A stretch of 64,000 nt of DNA from Paecilomyces variotii (taxonomy: Eukaryota): the NCBI GenBank assembly GCA_004022145.1, contig RCNU01000002.1; one strand, given 5' to 3'. Under the pieces are notes generated by a model. The model saw nothing but the letters and a program-made list of their open reading frames with translations. It had not been told where the DNA came from and searched no databases. Made by a program: the position numbers and the translations under genes. Position 1 is the first letter of the stretch. Each line of letters begins with the position of its first letter. Positions 15,050 through 25,127 of the stretch are shown here, in pieces.

Positions 15050-16200
15050 CAGAAGATCATGCATGCATCCGGGGCGAATTATATTTATGCAGACCGAGCA
15101 TTTCCAACATCTTTTTCCGAGGGCCCCAGACTACCGCGCTTTCTGGACTGGATAGATTCATGTGGAGCTCCTGATTGAGTAGAATTATGATGGACTCAGG
15201 ATCCAGATGCGGGAAAAAGCTTGCCCATATACCCAGATGAATGCCTCGGGGTGAGCTGCCAAGGAAGGTATGAAGGACGGTGTCATCATATCTTCTCCAG
15301 TTCTCTGGATATTAACAGACATTGGTAATCAGCGGCAGTGGTTACGTTCATCTGGCTCATTGCTGTCTAGGGTTTACTCCCCGCTCTAATTTCTAGATGG
15401 ACTCACAGAGAGGTGGATCGCGAGACGAGTGGCAGCTCGTGTGCATTATTCTCATGGAGGGCGTGACTCGAGGGATATGCGGTGGTGAAAAGAGTTCCGT
15501 CCTTTCAGCAGATTTCCGATATGTGCTTTGAGAACGGAGGGTCGAAGTGAAACGTCTCTTGCGCTTTCTGGGTTATGGTTGCGACGGTGCCGCGGTGAGA
15601 CAGGACGAAATACTGAAGATATGTGCTCCACGTATGATCCAGGCACCGTACATCGTCGGAGTGTAGACTGACGTCGATATTGTGCGTCACCTCTTTCTGC
15701 CAATAGCGCCTTCTCGTTGTCCTCTTCGACCCAAAGAATCGAGTTGATGCTCAACCGAAATGATCCATTGGCTGTTCCGCCACTATCACTGTCGGTGACA
15801 TCGTTGATGGCAGCGTCGACTTCGATATGATACCTCAGTGGCCACTCGGTGACTGTTCCGGTGCCTTCATGACTCGCAGTGAATAGGGCACTCTCGTTAT
15901 CCCCGAAGGAGACCCGGATAGCGTCTGTTCGGGAGGTTTAAGAAAGTATTTGATAGGAAACCAGAGGTTCGCCGTGTCTGTATGTGATCTGACGATATCT
16001 GTAGATCCTTGACTGACCTTCACGGCACTTGTAATTATGCAAGCTACTTGTGACAAAATTAAACCACATTTTTCTTTCACACTGTTCAAGATCTGGGTGG
16101 TAGTGTGACCGGAACATAGAGAAAAGAGACTTCATACTTTCTGCATGCTGTCTCTTTATTTTAGAAAGCATTGGTATATATCTTACAAGAGTCATATTTA
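15050..16200 (-). pseudogene. Decayed spliced gene remnant of unknown family
   Basis: Open frame ~15924-15452 (DAIRVSFGDNESALF...LWVEEDNEKALL...). A further exon-like frame (ENWRRYDDTVLH...) follows a GTGAGT...GCTGAT...CAG intron-like segment. Interrupted by stops. Confidence 0.25.
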
Positions 16201-16799
16201 CTCGGTTACTGATTCCAGTTTCTTATTACTATTATGTTACCAGAACCGACCCAACAGTCTCCTTTTCCATTTCTATCCATGTTATCACTTCGGTATAGAA
16301 CGAGTTGACTGGGCCAGGTACACTGAGCTTCTCTAATGCCTAATTTTCTTGTTTGTTATCGCCGCTGCCCCATCCGTGCCGCAAGGTAAGTATCATAGAC
16401 CGCTTTACACGTCTGTATATCCACAGCGCGCCCAATATGTCAGATTCTTTCTTCAGGAATCGCTTGTTACGAGCACTTGACAAGTTTCAGACCCTTCACG
16501 GTAGGATTGTCTTTGAATTGCGAACGAACAGTAATGGAGCCGAATGCCGTATATGTCGACAGATCCTTACCCTGCCCACAAGTTGCCCCCGGGATGAGCT
16601 GAATCGTGAACCGTTAAGCTGGGTCAGTATGACCTTCATATCCTTTGAGCTCAGCACAGTATCAATTATCGAATGAAATCGAGGACAGCAACTCATGTGG
16701 GACGGGCGAACACTCGAATGGAGGCATGTCGTGGCCATCGTTCGCTTCTACCAGACGGGCCATGGCATCTTGGACCAGTTCTCGGTTTTCGAATGATTC

Positions 16800-17440
16800 G
16801 CTAGCAGCTAGAATCAAGAAGGCTCCGATGGCTATGAAAAGTGGCGATTTCGCCTTCATAATTAAGTCAGCCTCAATTCTGTAAGTACAAGATTCGGGGT
16901 TGTATATATTGCTTACCAAGTATATGTCGAAGCTGGTCGTCATCAAACAATTTGCTTCGGAGATCATGCATCATGAAATTTAGCTGCCAGTCTTCGATAG
17001 ATACAAGTGTGCTGTATTTCTCTGAGAAGATCCTCGTGGCAAAGTCCTGCAGCACGCTCGCGATGGAACCCAAGGAAGCAACAGATACCCAGATCAGTGC
17101 AGGCAGGTGATGGGAAGGACCAGAAGTCGCAATGCCACCCTTGTATATACTGGGCCGCAATCCACGGCACCTTGATCTCACTTCTACCAGTAAAGTATCA
17201 TTTACTGTTGGTGATAAAGGTCTTCACCTGCGTCGAGTTTGGCTAAGTATAAGATTTGGCTAGGGAACGCAAAGCAAGAAGATCGAGAGAAGAGAAGTTG
17301 ACCCTGGCATATGCTAAGCATAGGAGATTTTCATGTCTTGATTCTGTTTACAGTCGAAGTGATCCTCCGCATACTTTGAAGTCAGCAGATCTGTTATTCT
17401 TTGGTGATTTCACTCGACATGAGCTCAGTATGCTTTTCCA
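16800..17440 (-). pseudogene. PD-(D/E)XK nuclease-fold gene relic, family B (copy B1)
   Basis: Fragments in the expected order: RSADFKVCG (17392-17366), EIKVPWI (17179-17159), HDLRSKLFDDDQLRHILG, intact 63-nt intron 16916-16854 (GTAAGC...GCTGAC...AAG), then EIATF. Frameshifts and stops lie between the fragments. Confidence 0.55.
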
Positions 17441-17719
17441 GTTCCAACCTTGCAAGAAAAGGAATGTTAGCAGCGTTCAACAATCAATGCGTTATCGTGC
17501 TTCTGATAAACGTCTGACGCATTTGCCTGGCTTACCTGACTGAACTCATGGGACGATGCCGAGCAGTGATAAATCACGGGTGATACTTGGAAAGTGTATC
17601 TCCCAGTCCGCTTGAGAAATACGGTTTCGTTATATGTCGAATAGAGCCCATAGAGGGTCTCGTTATCATTACTTGGCCTATATTCATGGTCTTTATTTGG
17701 CCGTGCGTCCGGTTAGCTG

Positions 17720-18130
17720 ATTTTTTCGAGAAATGGACACAATTAGCGCAGGCACCGTTTGCAATCCCAGGTACTGATACGCAACGACAGTATGGCCCGA
17801 GGGCCATCTTCAAGCCGCGACGCTTCACTTCATCTTTGCTGTGACACGCATCGATTGCTTCCAGGTCACTGCACTGATTATAAGCTGTAATTATTAGCAA
17901 TGATCATAATATTGCGACATATACTCATAAGGTTTGTTGATATCGCCCTTCACGTATATAAGGACGCCATTTTGGTATATCTCCCGTAGGGTACTGCTGT
18001 ACTGCGGTACAGAGATTTTGCTGTATCAGCATTGCTTTAAGCGTTGGACACTGCGTAGCGGTAGTAAGCTCCTCTCAATGCGAGTGAGCGTGACGTTAGC
18101 AGGGGGCATCAGACTCGGGTCTGACATAAC
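17720..18130 (-). pseudogene. DUF3716-like Cys-rich protein relic
   Basis: QCSDLEAIDACHS...GPYCRCVSVPGIANGACANC matches the recalled DUF3716 pattern Q-x-G-x-A-x2-C-x2-C...GPF-x2-CV...GACANC. The second Cys is lost and the upstream frame is broken by stops. Confidence 0.55.
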
Positions 18131-18998
18131 AACGTCGCCGTGACGAACCATTGTGAAGTTGTGGAATGTTCTCGTGAAGTCGTGAAATGCTCGCTCGTGA
18201 TTGCAATTGTTACAAAGAAACAAAGAAACAACAGAAACAACAGATTCACTGCCTGCGAAAAGAAGTGGAAAGGAATCACGTGGTGAAGTTCACAGCCTTA
18301 TATAACTTCACGCCTCGAGCTAGCGCGCTAGCTCGGCTACGCTGAACCTGATTGGCTCGTTCGCATCAGCTCTGCCGCGGAATATGAGATCTGAGAAGAT
18401 AACATCGGTTCCCTCGCAACCCCAGTGCTTTTGTATTGTGTTTCGGGCTATTTGTAAACGGGAGGCTTTGTCGGAATTCGATGTCGCGCTAGACGGACCC
18501 AAGCATGTAGCCATTGCGGGCTTTTTGATAGATATCTGCAGCAAGCTATCTGCGAATCAATACCTGATTTGCCGATTATTGTAAAGGCCTGGTAATATGT
18601 ACAATATAATCCGGATGTCTGAATCTATCGTAAAACTCGATTCTCCACTTATTAACAAACTCTTCTAGCAGAAGTAGTAATGAGAAAGTTATTGACCTTG
18701 TGTTTAGTAGGAATTCTGGGCGAAATAGGGGCGACCGTGGCACCCAGGAGCTTTAGTGTTTAGCAAATTCCTCAATATAATTCAATGAGTTTTCAAAATA
18801 ATAGTTTTGACCTAATAACTTGGCTAGCTTCGCCGGAGTTATATTGAGATCCGTTGTCCAAGGTGGTTTTATCTCGCCAACAATGACGAAGAGACATGGC
18901 CATCGACATCGAGCGGAAACGGTATTTCGGGAAATAATAGTGCAAAATCCAAAAAAAAACTAAGTAGTTACTACTAGTTATTATATGAAGTAATATAA

Positions 18999-19823
18999 TC
19001 AGTAAATGCTACGGACGATGGACTGCATAGATTCGGAACAGAAGACCGAGGACGGATGACGGCAGAGGGAAACGGAAGGAAGAGACTCCCATATTGTGCC
19101 CGGGTTTTTGCTGCATTGGACAGTGCTATCTGCCACTGTCCTCGACGAGGCGCCATAGATAGGTGTGCCGGCTTGGAGGCTCCAAAAGTGAGACCTAGGC
19201 CTAGTCTCTCCAAAAGTAGCTGCAAAGGTATGCAGAGGTTTTTGACAAAGCAGCCAGAGACACCAATGCTTTCTGGTAAGCAACGCATCCCGCATGATCC
19301 CCTCATATCGTTGCATGGTATTTGGCGAAACATAGCCGCGCTGCAACTCTCGCTCGAGGTCTTTGACACGACAGCTTGTGCAGGTGTATGGCGGCTTGTT
19401 GGCTCGGCCCTTGATGCTGATTTGAGCGAAACACACTCCAGGCAACTTCCGACAGCAGGCCATGCAGAAGTACAGCATGTGAATGGCAGATGACCGGTCT
19501 CTTTGCCCGGTCACTATCTCAACGAGTCTAGGGAGGTCTGACTGGAGGTTGTCCTCCCTCAGGTCGTCGAGGATTTCAGATACCTGTCTGCGCTTGTCAC
19601 TGTGTAGGAACAACGGGCCGAGGATCATGAGCATCAGCCCACGACGCCTCCGACACATTGTCCTCTGCATGGCTAAGATATTGGGCAAGAACCATACAGG
19701 AAAGCTCGTCGATGGTCTGGAGAGCAAGTTCAATGAAGGAAGCTCTTTCAATTCTTCCAGGTCTCCTGGCGCAAAAAAATCTGGGACCTCATGGTCCTTA
19801 TGCGTACTGAAACGTGACGCCAT
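18999..19823 (-). CDS. Hypothetical protein with degenerate F-box-like N-terminus and Cys-rich (CxxC...CxxC) region; may be a pseudogene
   Basis: Longest uninterrupted frame in the island (ATG 19823). LLSRP...LPNILAMQRTMCR is F-box-like; YFCMACCRKLPGVCF...CTSC follows. Confidence 0.35.
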   Translation of the reverse strand: MASRFSTHKDHEVPDFFAPGDLEELKELPSLNLLSRPSTSFPVWFLPNILAMQRTMCRRRRGLMLMILGPLFLHSDKRRQVSEILDDLREDNLQSDLPRLVEIVTGQRDRSSAIHMLYFCMACCRKLPGVCFAQISIKGRANKPPYTCTSCRVKDLERELQRGYVSPNTMQRYEGIMRDALLTRKHWCLWLLCQKPLHTFAATFGETRPRSHFWSLQAGTPIYGASSRTVADSTVQCSKNPGTIWESLPSVSLCRHPSSVFCSESMQSIVRSIY

Positions 19824-20639
19824 CCGATTCTGTTGTCCGGCGAAAAATGATGTTGTGCAACAGTGACCGAGTCGTGTAAAATAAATTAGTGGAATGAGCA
19901 GGCCCAGACGCAACGTGGGCTCTGGTTCCACTAAGCGTCACTCTTTTCCGATATATATTAATACCCAGCTTTTGTAGCCTTCCTATACATCATTGGAAAT
20001 AAGTATCAATAAGTTATACTTATGTATAGAGTGAAAGCGAAACATACATCGGGATCAACACCGATCTCCCAATAATCAAACGCTTGCTGGTTGTCTTTCC
20101 CTGGCACGATTGTGCTTCTCTGTTCCGCTGGATCGCTATCATTTCACTTAAAGATTTACCTCATGGCGGTAGACAGCTTCTTGAGACATCGAGGTGGACG
20201 CTTTGATCCAAGCGACCATTTGCTCGGTTCTTTTGCATCCGCATCATGAACGGACGACGACGGAGTCGGAGATGGCGAGGGTTCTGTCGCGGCATCGTTG
20301 ATAATGCCCGGGGGAGTGGTATCGGCAAGCTCTGGACGTGGTCAGTTACGCTACCAGTCAAGACAAGGAAGTACATACCGGAGTCACTGGAGACGAAAGA
20401 CGGGATGACGCTGCGACGCGGGTGGTCTGACAGTATCCTGATTCTGTATTGTATATAGTGATCGTCCTTCGTGGAGTCAAACGAGTTTGGACAGTGGTCA
20501 TTTGGAAATTCATAATGCTTCAATGGCTCTGCGCTTCTGCGGGCCCAGAATATTACCCGGGCCTCGAGATCTGAGGTTATCTTTTGACTGTAAAACGATG
20601 TAGTAGGAGTGCAGTTTTCGAAGATATCTGCGGGAGAGT

Positions 20640-21200
20640 CCAGCTCTTCCAGACAATCATACAAGGATATCTGCTGACTCGTGGTCGCAATGCCTCCCAG
20701 CTATTCGGCAGCTGTCGATCTTGCTCCTGATTTGTTCACCTTGTATTTTCGTCAAATAGATGGTTTCATTGTACGTTGATAAGAAACCATATTTGACACC
20801 TGCGCAGAACATGTATATCCCGATCGGATCCATTATTGTTTGAAGGAGATTATGAGCTCAAGGCGTCTTGAACTCTCCCACAAGAAGTGCTTGCGTCCAG
20901 TTGATGTTAATTCTTGCAAGGACAATGATATCCCGCCGCACACTCTTGTCGTCGATCGGCCAGAGCTAAACTTGCGCGTAATCGTCATTCGATTACGCAT
21001 CCATATATATTGTTGTATAGGTTGAACAGGTTTGGGCGACTGCCCAACGTAACCTGTCCCTGAAATGGCACCGTGACCCCCCCTGGGCGTTCCATTATCT
21101 GCAGAAATAGCATTGCCAGCCTTGTTTTCCGCCCAGAACTTGACGGCAAAATTTCCCAGCTTCATGAAAGCCCGCATGTACCTTGCGTTCCTCGTATTTT
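20640..21200 (-). pseudogene. PD-(D/E)XK nuclease-fold gene relic, family B (copy B3, best preserved)
   Basis: One frame reads RDIIVLARININWTQALLVGEFKTP*AHNLLQTIMDPIGIYMFCAGVKYGFLSTYNETIYL (~20936-20753), with TGA in place of the conserved Trp. Upstream GHGAISG...VGQ...KFSSG and downstream ISLYDCL are in shifted frames. Confidence 0.7.
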
Positions 21201-21399
21201 CGACATAACTCAGGTGTCCCCTGTGAGCTGGCCAATATGTTGTAGGGTCAATTGCTCGGTTATCGATATATACCAGCCAATGCGGAAGAGAGGCTGGGTA
21301 TGGATATCACCCAGAAATTCGCTCTTGCAGATTCCCAAAATTGATCTCGGAAAGAAGGGGGGTGGATATAAGGGCCGTAAGAACCGGTTATTGGAGAGG

Positions 21400-21900
21400 T
21401 AGAGCGAGTTCCGAGCATTGTATGCGAATATCGCAACCATGACCATGTTCAAGTCAACTGACAACGTTGAGTTCCACGGGCCGAATTGTCTCGTCGTCAT
21501 GAAGCCAGCTCTTGCTATGCTACCGCCCTTTATATATCTCGCCCAATTTCCCATCATAGCAGGAAAGGTGATGTAGGATTCACTCCTATCCTGGAATAGG
21601 AGGATCTGCCTTTCTTCGTTAGCTCCTACTGCAGTTTCGATTCCAGGACATCTCTATACTTACTGAGGGATTCCTTGATCCATGCCACTATCTGGGAGAC
21701 CTCCTGCATCTCCACTTGAGGGCAATGTCTATTTTCAGTGCCGACCTCACATTCATGGATGGAGTTTCATCTTCCGGAATTGACATCTTGTCTTGTAACT
21801 GACCATCTGTCTGGGCCACGTATTGCCCAGCGCCCCCAAATTTGGCAACTAGACAAATCCTAGTAGACCTCCACTTGTGGATAGGGGCAATTGTCGTCTT
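21400..21900 (-). pseudogene. PD-(D/E)XK nuclease-fold gene relic, family A (copy A2)
   Basis: KWRSTRICLVAKFGGAGQYVAQTDGQL, frameshift, IHECE...QVEMQEVSQIVAWIKE, 54-nt intron 21663-21610 (GTAAGT...GCTAAC...AAG), then QILLFQDRSESYITF...GFMTTRQFGPW. Confidence 0.65.
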
Positions 21901-21929
21901 GCAGGGACTTGAAAACCCTTCCAGCATAG

Positions 21930-22531
21930 TCACAGACACGACTATGAAATGACAGCCATTTGTAGTCATCTCAGCCAAGACTCGACAATGTCCAGGATTA
22001 TCTCTCGCTCCCGTACCTTCGATATATATATATATATATATAGAATCTTCTTCAGCAGGACAATCCTAGAGAAGGAAATAAAGAGTTTGTTTCCTGCCGA
22101 TGCAAATGGTATCTTTCCATTGACAAATCCGAGAGGTGTGAACGGAAGAGGCGGCGTGACCCTTGCTGCCCAGTCGTCTTCCCGGATATTCGTTTTCAGG
22201 TCGAAGCAGATTTTCAGGGTGTCACTATCATCATTCTCGCTGGTTCTTGTCGCCGATATGTGAATGGATCTCCAGGACTAAAATCGCACATAATGCCTTC
22301 TGATTGAAAAATGGCCGCCATTATCTTACTAACGTTGTTGTTAAATCGGCCTTGCATATCGCCTTCGTCAGAACAGGTGTAAAGCTCATTGATAATACGT
22401 TTTGCGTTCAGGAAACCAGCAGGGTGGTAACCTAGAATCGCATTGTTGAAGTTGGCATTATCTCCGAGACAGTTGTAATTTCCTGCTCTTGGAATTGTCA
22501 TAGTCCGCAGACTAATATCCCGGGCCAGCAA
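21930..22531 (-). pseudogene. PD-(D/E)XK nuclease-fold gene relic, family B (copy B2)
   Basis: DEGDMQGRFNNNVSKIMAAIF...CDFSPG, frameshift, LKICFDLKT (aligns with LLVGEFKT of B3), later LAEMTTNGCHFIVVS (aligns with YM...YGFLST). Interrupted by an (AT)n tract. Confidence 0.45.
22022..22042. repeat. (AT)n microsatellite
   Basis: About 10 AT units directly visible. Confidence 0.9.
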
Positions 22532-23069
22532 TTGGCGGCCCCTTGATGTTTCCTGCGGACCGACAACCGATATATATGTTCATGAATATATATAGAACAA
22601 TAACCAGAAGAGCTCACGATCCATAGACTCAAGTCAACCTCTTCATGGCAGGATGCACAAAGAGGAATGGCCTTCGAGATGGACTTATACGAGACAGTAT
22701 ACAGCCTGGCCTGCTCCCATATGTCTGTATATAACTTGTCAGCTCATTTCTCGATAGATAGAAGAGGTGAAGTCATGAGATTATCGGCCATACATTTGGG
22801 GGGCATCGAGACTCTGCAGCCACGTAATTGAAACACTCTGGATTTTCTGCAGCCCCTTCCCATGATCCTGTCCAACTCTCCATGAGCCTAGAGATCATTA
22901 ATCGCACGGTAATAGTTTTGTACAACCGTGTATTAAAATCTAGCAGGTATATATCAGTCATTCTGGACCTTCAAAATGGATAGGGCATATGTACCATATT
23001 GCAACAAGTTTTTAACATTGGACAACGCCCAAGGAATCTGATGAATCGCCTTCTGGTGGCAGCGCCCAA

Positions 23070-23570
23070 CGGCAGTGCACCGATGGCAGGGCATCAGGTC
23101 TCCCAATGACTTTGCACTCAATAAGTGCGTTTACCTTCTCTGGTTCCCCTCGGATGAAGAGGTCTCCGTCCGAAATGGCTGTATAGCCGACCTGGCCAAA
23201 ATTGGCTCTCATCCGGAACCTCGTAGGAACCCAGTGAAGACTGTAAGAAATGCAGTCTGTTATAGCGAAGAACGTCAGTCACATTTTCTAAGGAGCAACA
23301 TGAAGCAGGGTAGATTGAGCTTGGAGACGCTGCATGGAGTAGGATAACTTACCACTATGGGCCGAGGCCGCCATCAGTCTCAAAAAGGACATTCCATGGT
23401 ATGCAAACGCATTCCACATATCAGCCTCCAACATCCGAGTGGCCTCATCAAGGGCAACAACCTCAGATTTTGTATTTGTTCTGAATAGCTCCCTCCCCAG
23501 CTCAAGTCGGACCGATCGAAATCCGACAGTATATCAAGACGCCACCTTGCATGCGTGGATATACATAGAC
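23070..23570 (-). pseudogene. PD-(D/E)XK nuclease-fold gene relic, family A (copy A1)
   Basis: HWVPTRFRMRANFGQVGYTAISDGDLFIRGEPEKVNALIECK (SDG...ExK signature) is colinear with copy A2. Truncated after the ExK motif. Confidence 0.6.
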
Positions 23571-25127
23571 GCGAGAGATTTCCCGAGTACCCTGCTTCAA
23601 TGACGAGGTGCGGCAGTATAAAAAAGAGATAGGACAGAGAGAATGACAATGTTGGAAAATAAAAACCGATAGCTCGGTGCTGAATCATGTAAAGAAGAGT
23701 ATATATAAGTTCTTGAATGAGCTGATTGAAAAGGATAATCCTGACTTCCTGCCTCGCGCCTCTCTGCCTCAAGCCTCGACTGTGGTTCAGGAGATAGCGG
23801 TTGGATAGAAGCCAACCCATAGCGTTCTGGGGGGGAGGGGGAAGGGGGACGACTCTCTCCTCCTCCTCCTCCCCCCATATATACGATAAAGAAGAAGAAC
23901 AAATATAGGATAGGGATAGGAATAGGAAATTGGTAAGTTCTCGAAATTGGATGATAAAACTGAACATTTCTCGGGAGTACTGTCGAGGAATATATATACG
24001 CAACCAAGGACACACCACCACGAGTATGAAAAGAGAGAATAAAGAACAGATCCAATTGACATATGACCTATCAACTGCGCATTGGGAGCGATTAGCATAA
24101 TCTTCTTCCGTTACCAGTGTCTCTGTCGGCATGTTTTCCCTGTAGGGACGGCGAACTAGCGTTGTGACACCTAGCAAGCATCTATAACAAAGATTTACCA
24201 GGTCCATAGACCAATAGCGTTACGGGCCTTTATGGAAGATCCTTTCAGACAAGTTAGACATGCATGCAGCATGCATCCAGATTCCAACATGAGAAGATCT
24301 ATGAAAGACCATAGCCACCAGAGTCTGCAGGCTTGGAGCTGCTCAAAGGGTGGTAAAAGAAGAGGAGATAGTGGATATGGGAGGTCAATGGAGGGGATAA
24401 ATATACCCTTGAAAAAGAGGGGAAAGAGGGGGAATGATTGAATGAAGGGAATCTCCTACCCCATGTTTCATTCCCTTCAGGTGGGAAAGATGGACCATGA
24501 ATGTGTGCTTTCTGCGGAATTGTTAATGATGACCTACGAGTGCTCTCCAGACCAGTAGGGAGAGTCCCTCGCGATTAGGCATACTATGGGTGGTATCGGC
24601 ACCGCACAGTGAAGGGCAACCCGCAATCCTTTGCTTCCTTGGAAGGCAGCTAGATTTTCGATAGCCAACAGATGATTGTCTAGAACTTGCAGTAAGTGGA
24701 GATCTATGTAGTCCTCGCCAATCTAGCAAGGATGAGGGATATGGTATAAAGAATCCGATCGGCAGCCCTTTCAAACATTCCCTCAACTTTACGGGCCTTT
24801 GCATACAGAAATGACTGTCATTTCCAAATTTCAGGATCCTTGTTGTCTATGGGATCATTTAACGATAGTCGATGCAAGATGAACAAATTTTATGACGAAA
24901 TGCAGCACGTACCCGCCGTACGTACTAGCATGTCTCAGGCTATGTTACAAGATGCAGCCTGGCTGCTGTCACCCGCTTCCAGGACAAAGGCCTGGAAAAA
25001 GGTGGAAGAATCATTTCGCAAATCGTTAAGTAGCGAAGTGCAATTACCCAAGTCCTTATCCTTGTTTATGGGTCCTACCAATATAGCACAAGAGATGAAA
25101 CGGATGCAACAATCCTCTGCCCACCGT

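Noticed and set aside
20833..21177. Kinase-like reading (GNFAVKFW) suggesting a nuclease-kinase fusion as in SPOK
   Set aside because: No HxD/DFG-type motifs follow. The adjacent frame shows this is the N-terminal part of nuclease copy B3, so a true Spok gene is not supported.
23380..24207. 275-aa and overlapping hydrophobic ORFs
   Set aside because: They arise from low-complexity T-rich sequence open in several frames and are not credible membrane proteins.
14920..25127. Intact transposon or Starship element
   Set aside because: No transposase, reverse transcriptase, DUF3435 captain, terminal repeats or target-site duplication could be seen by eye.
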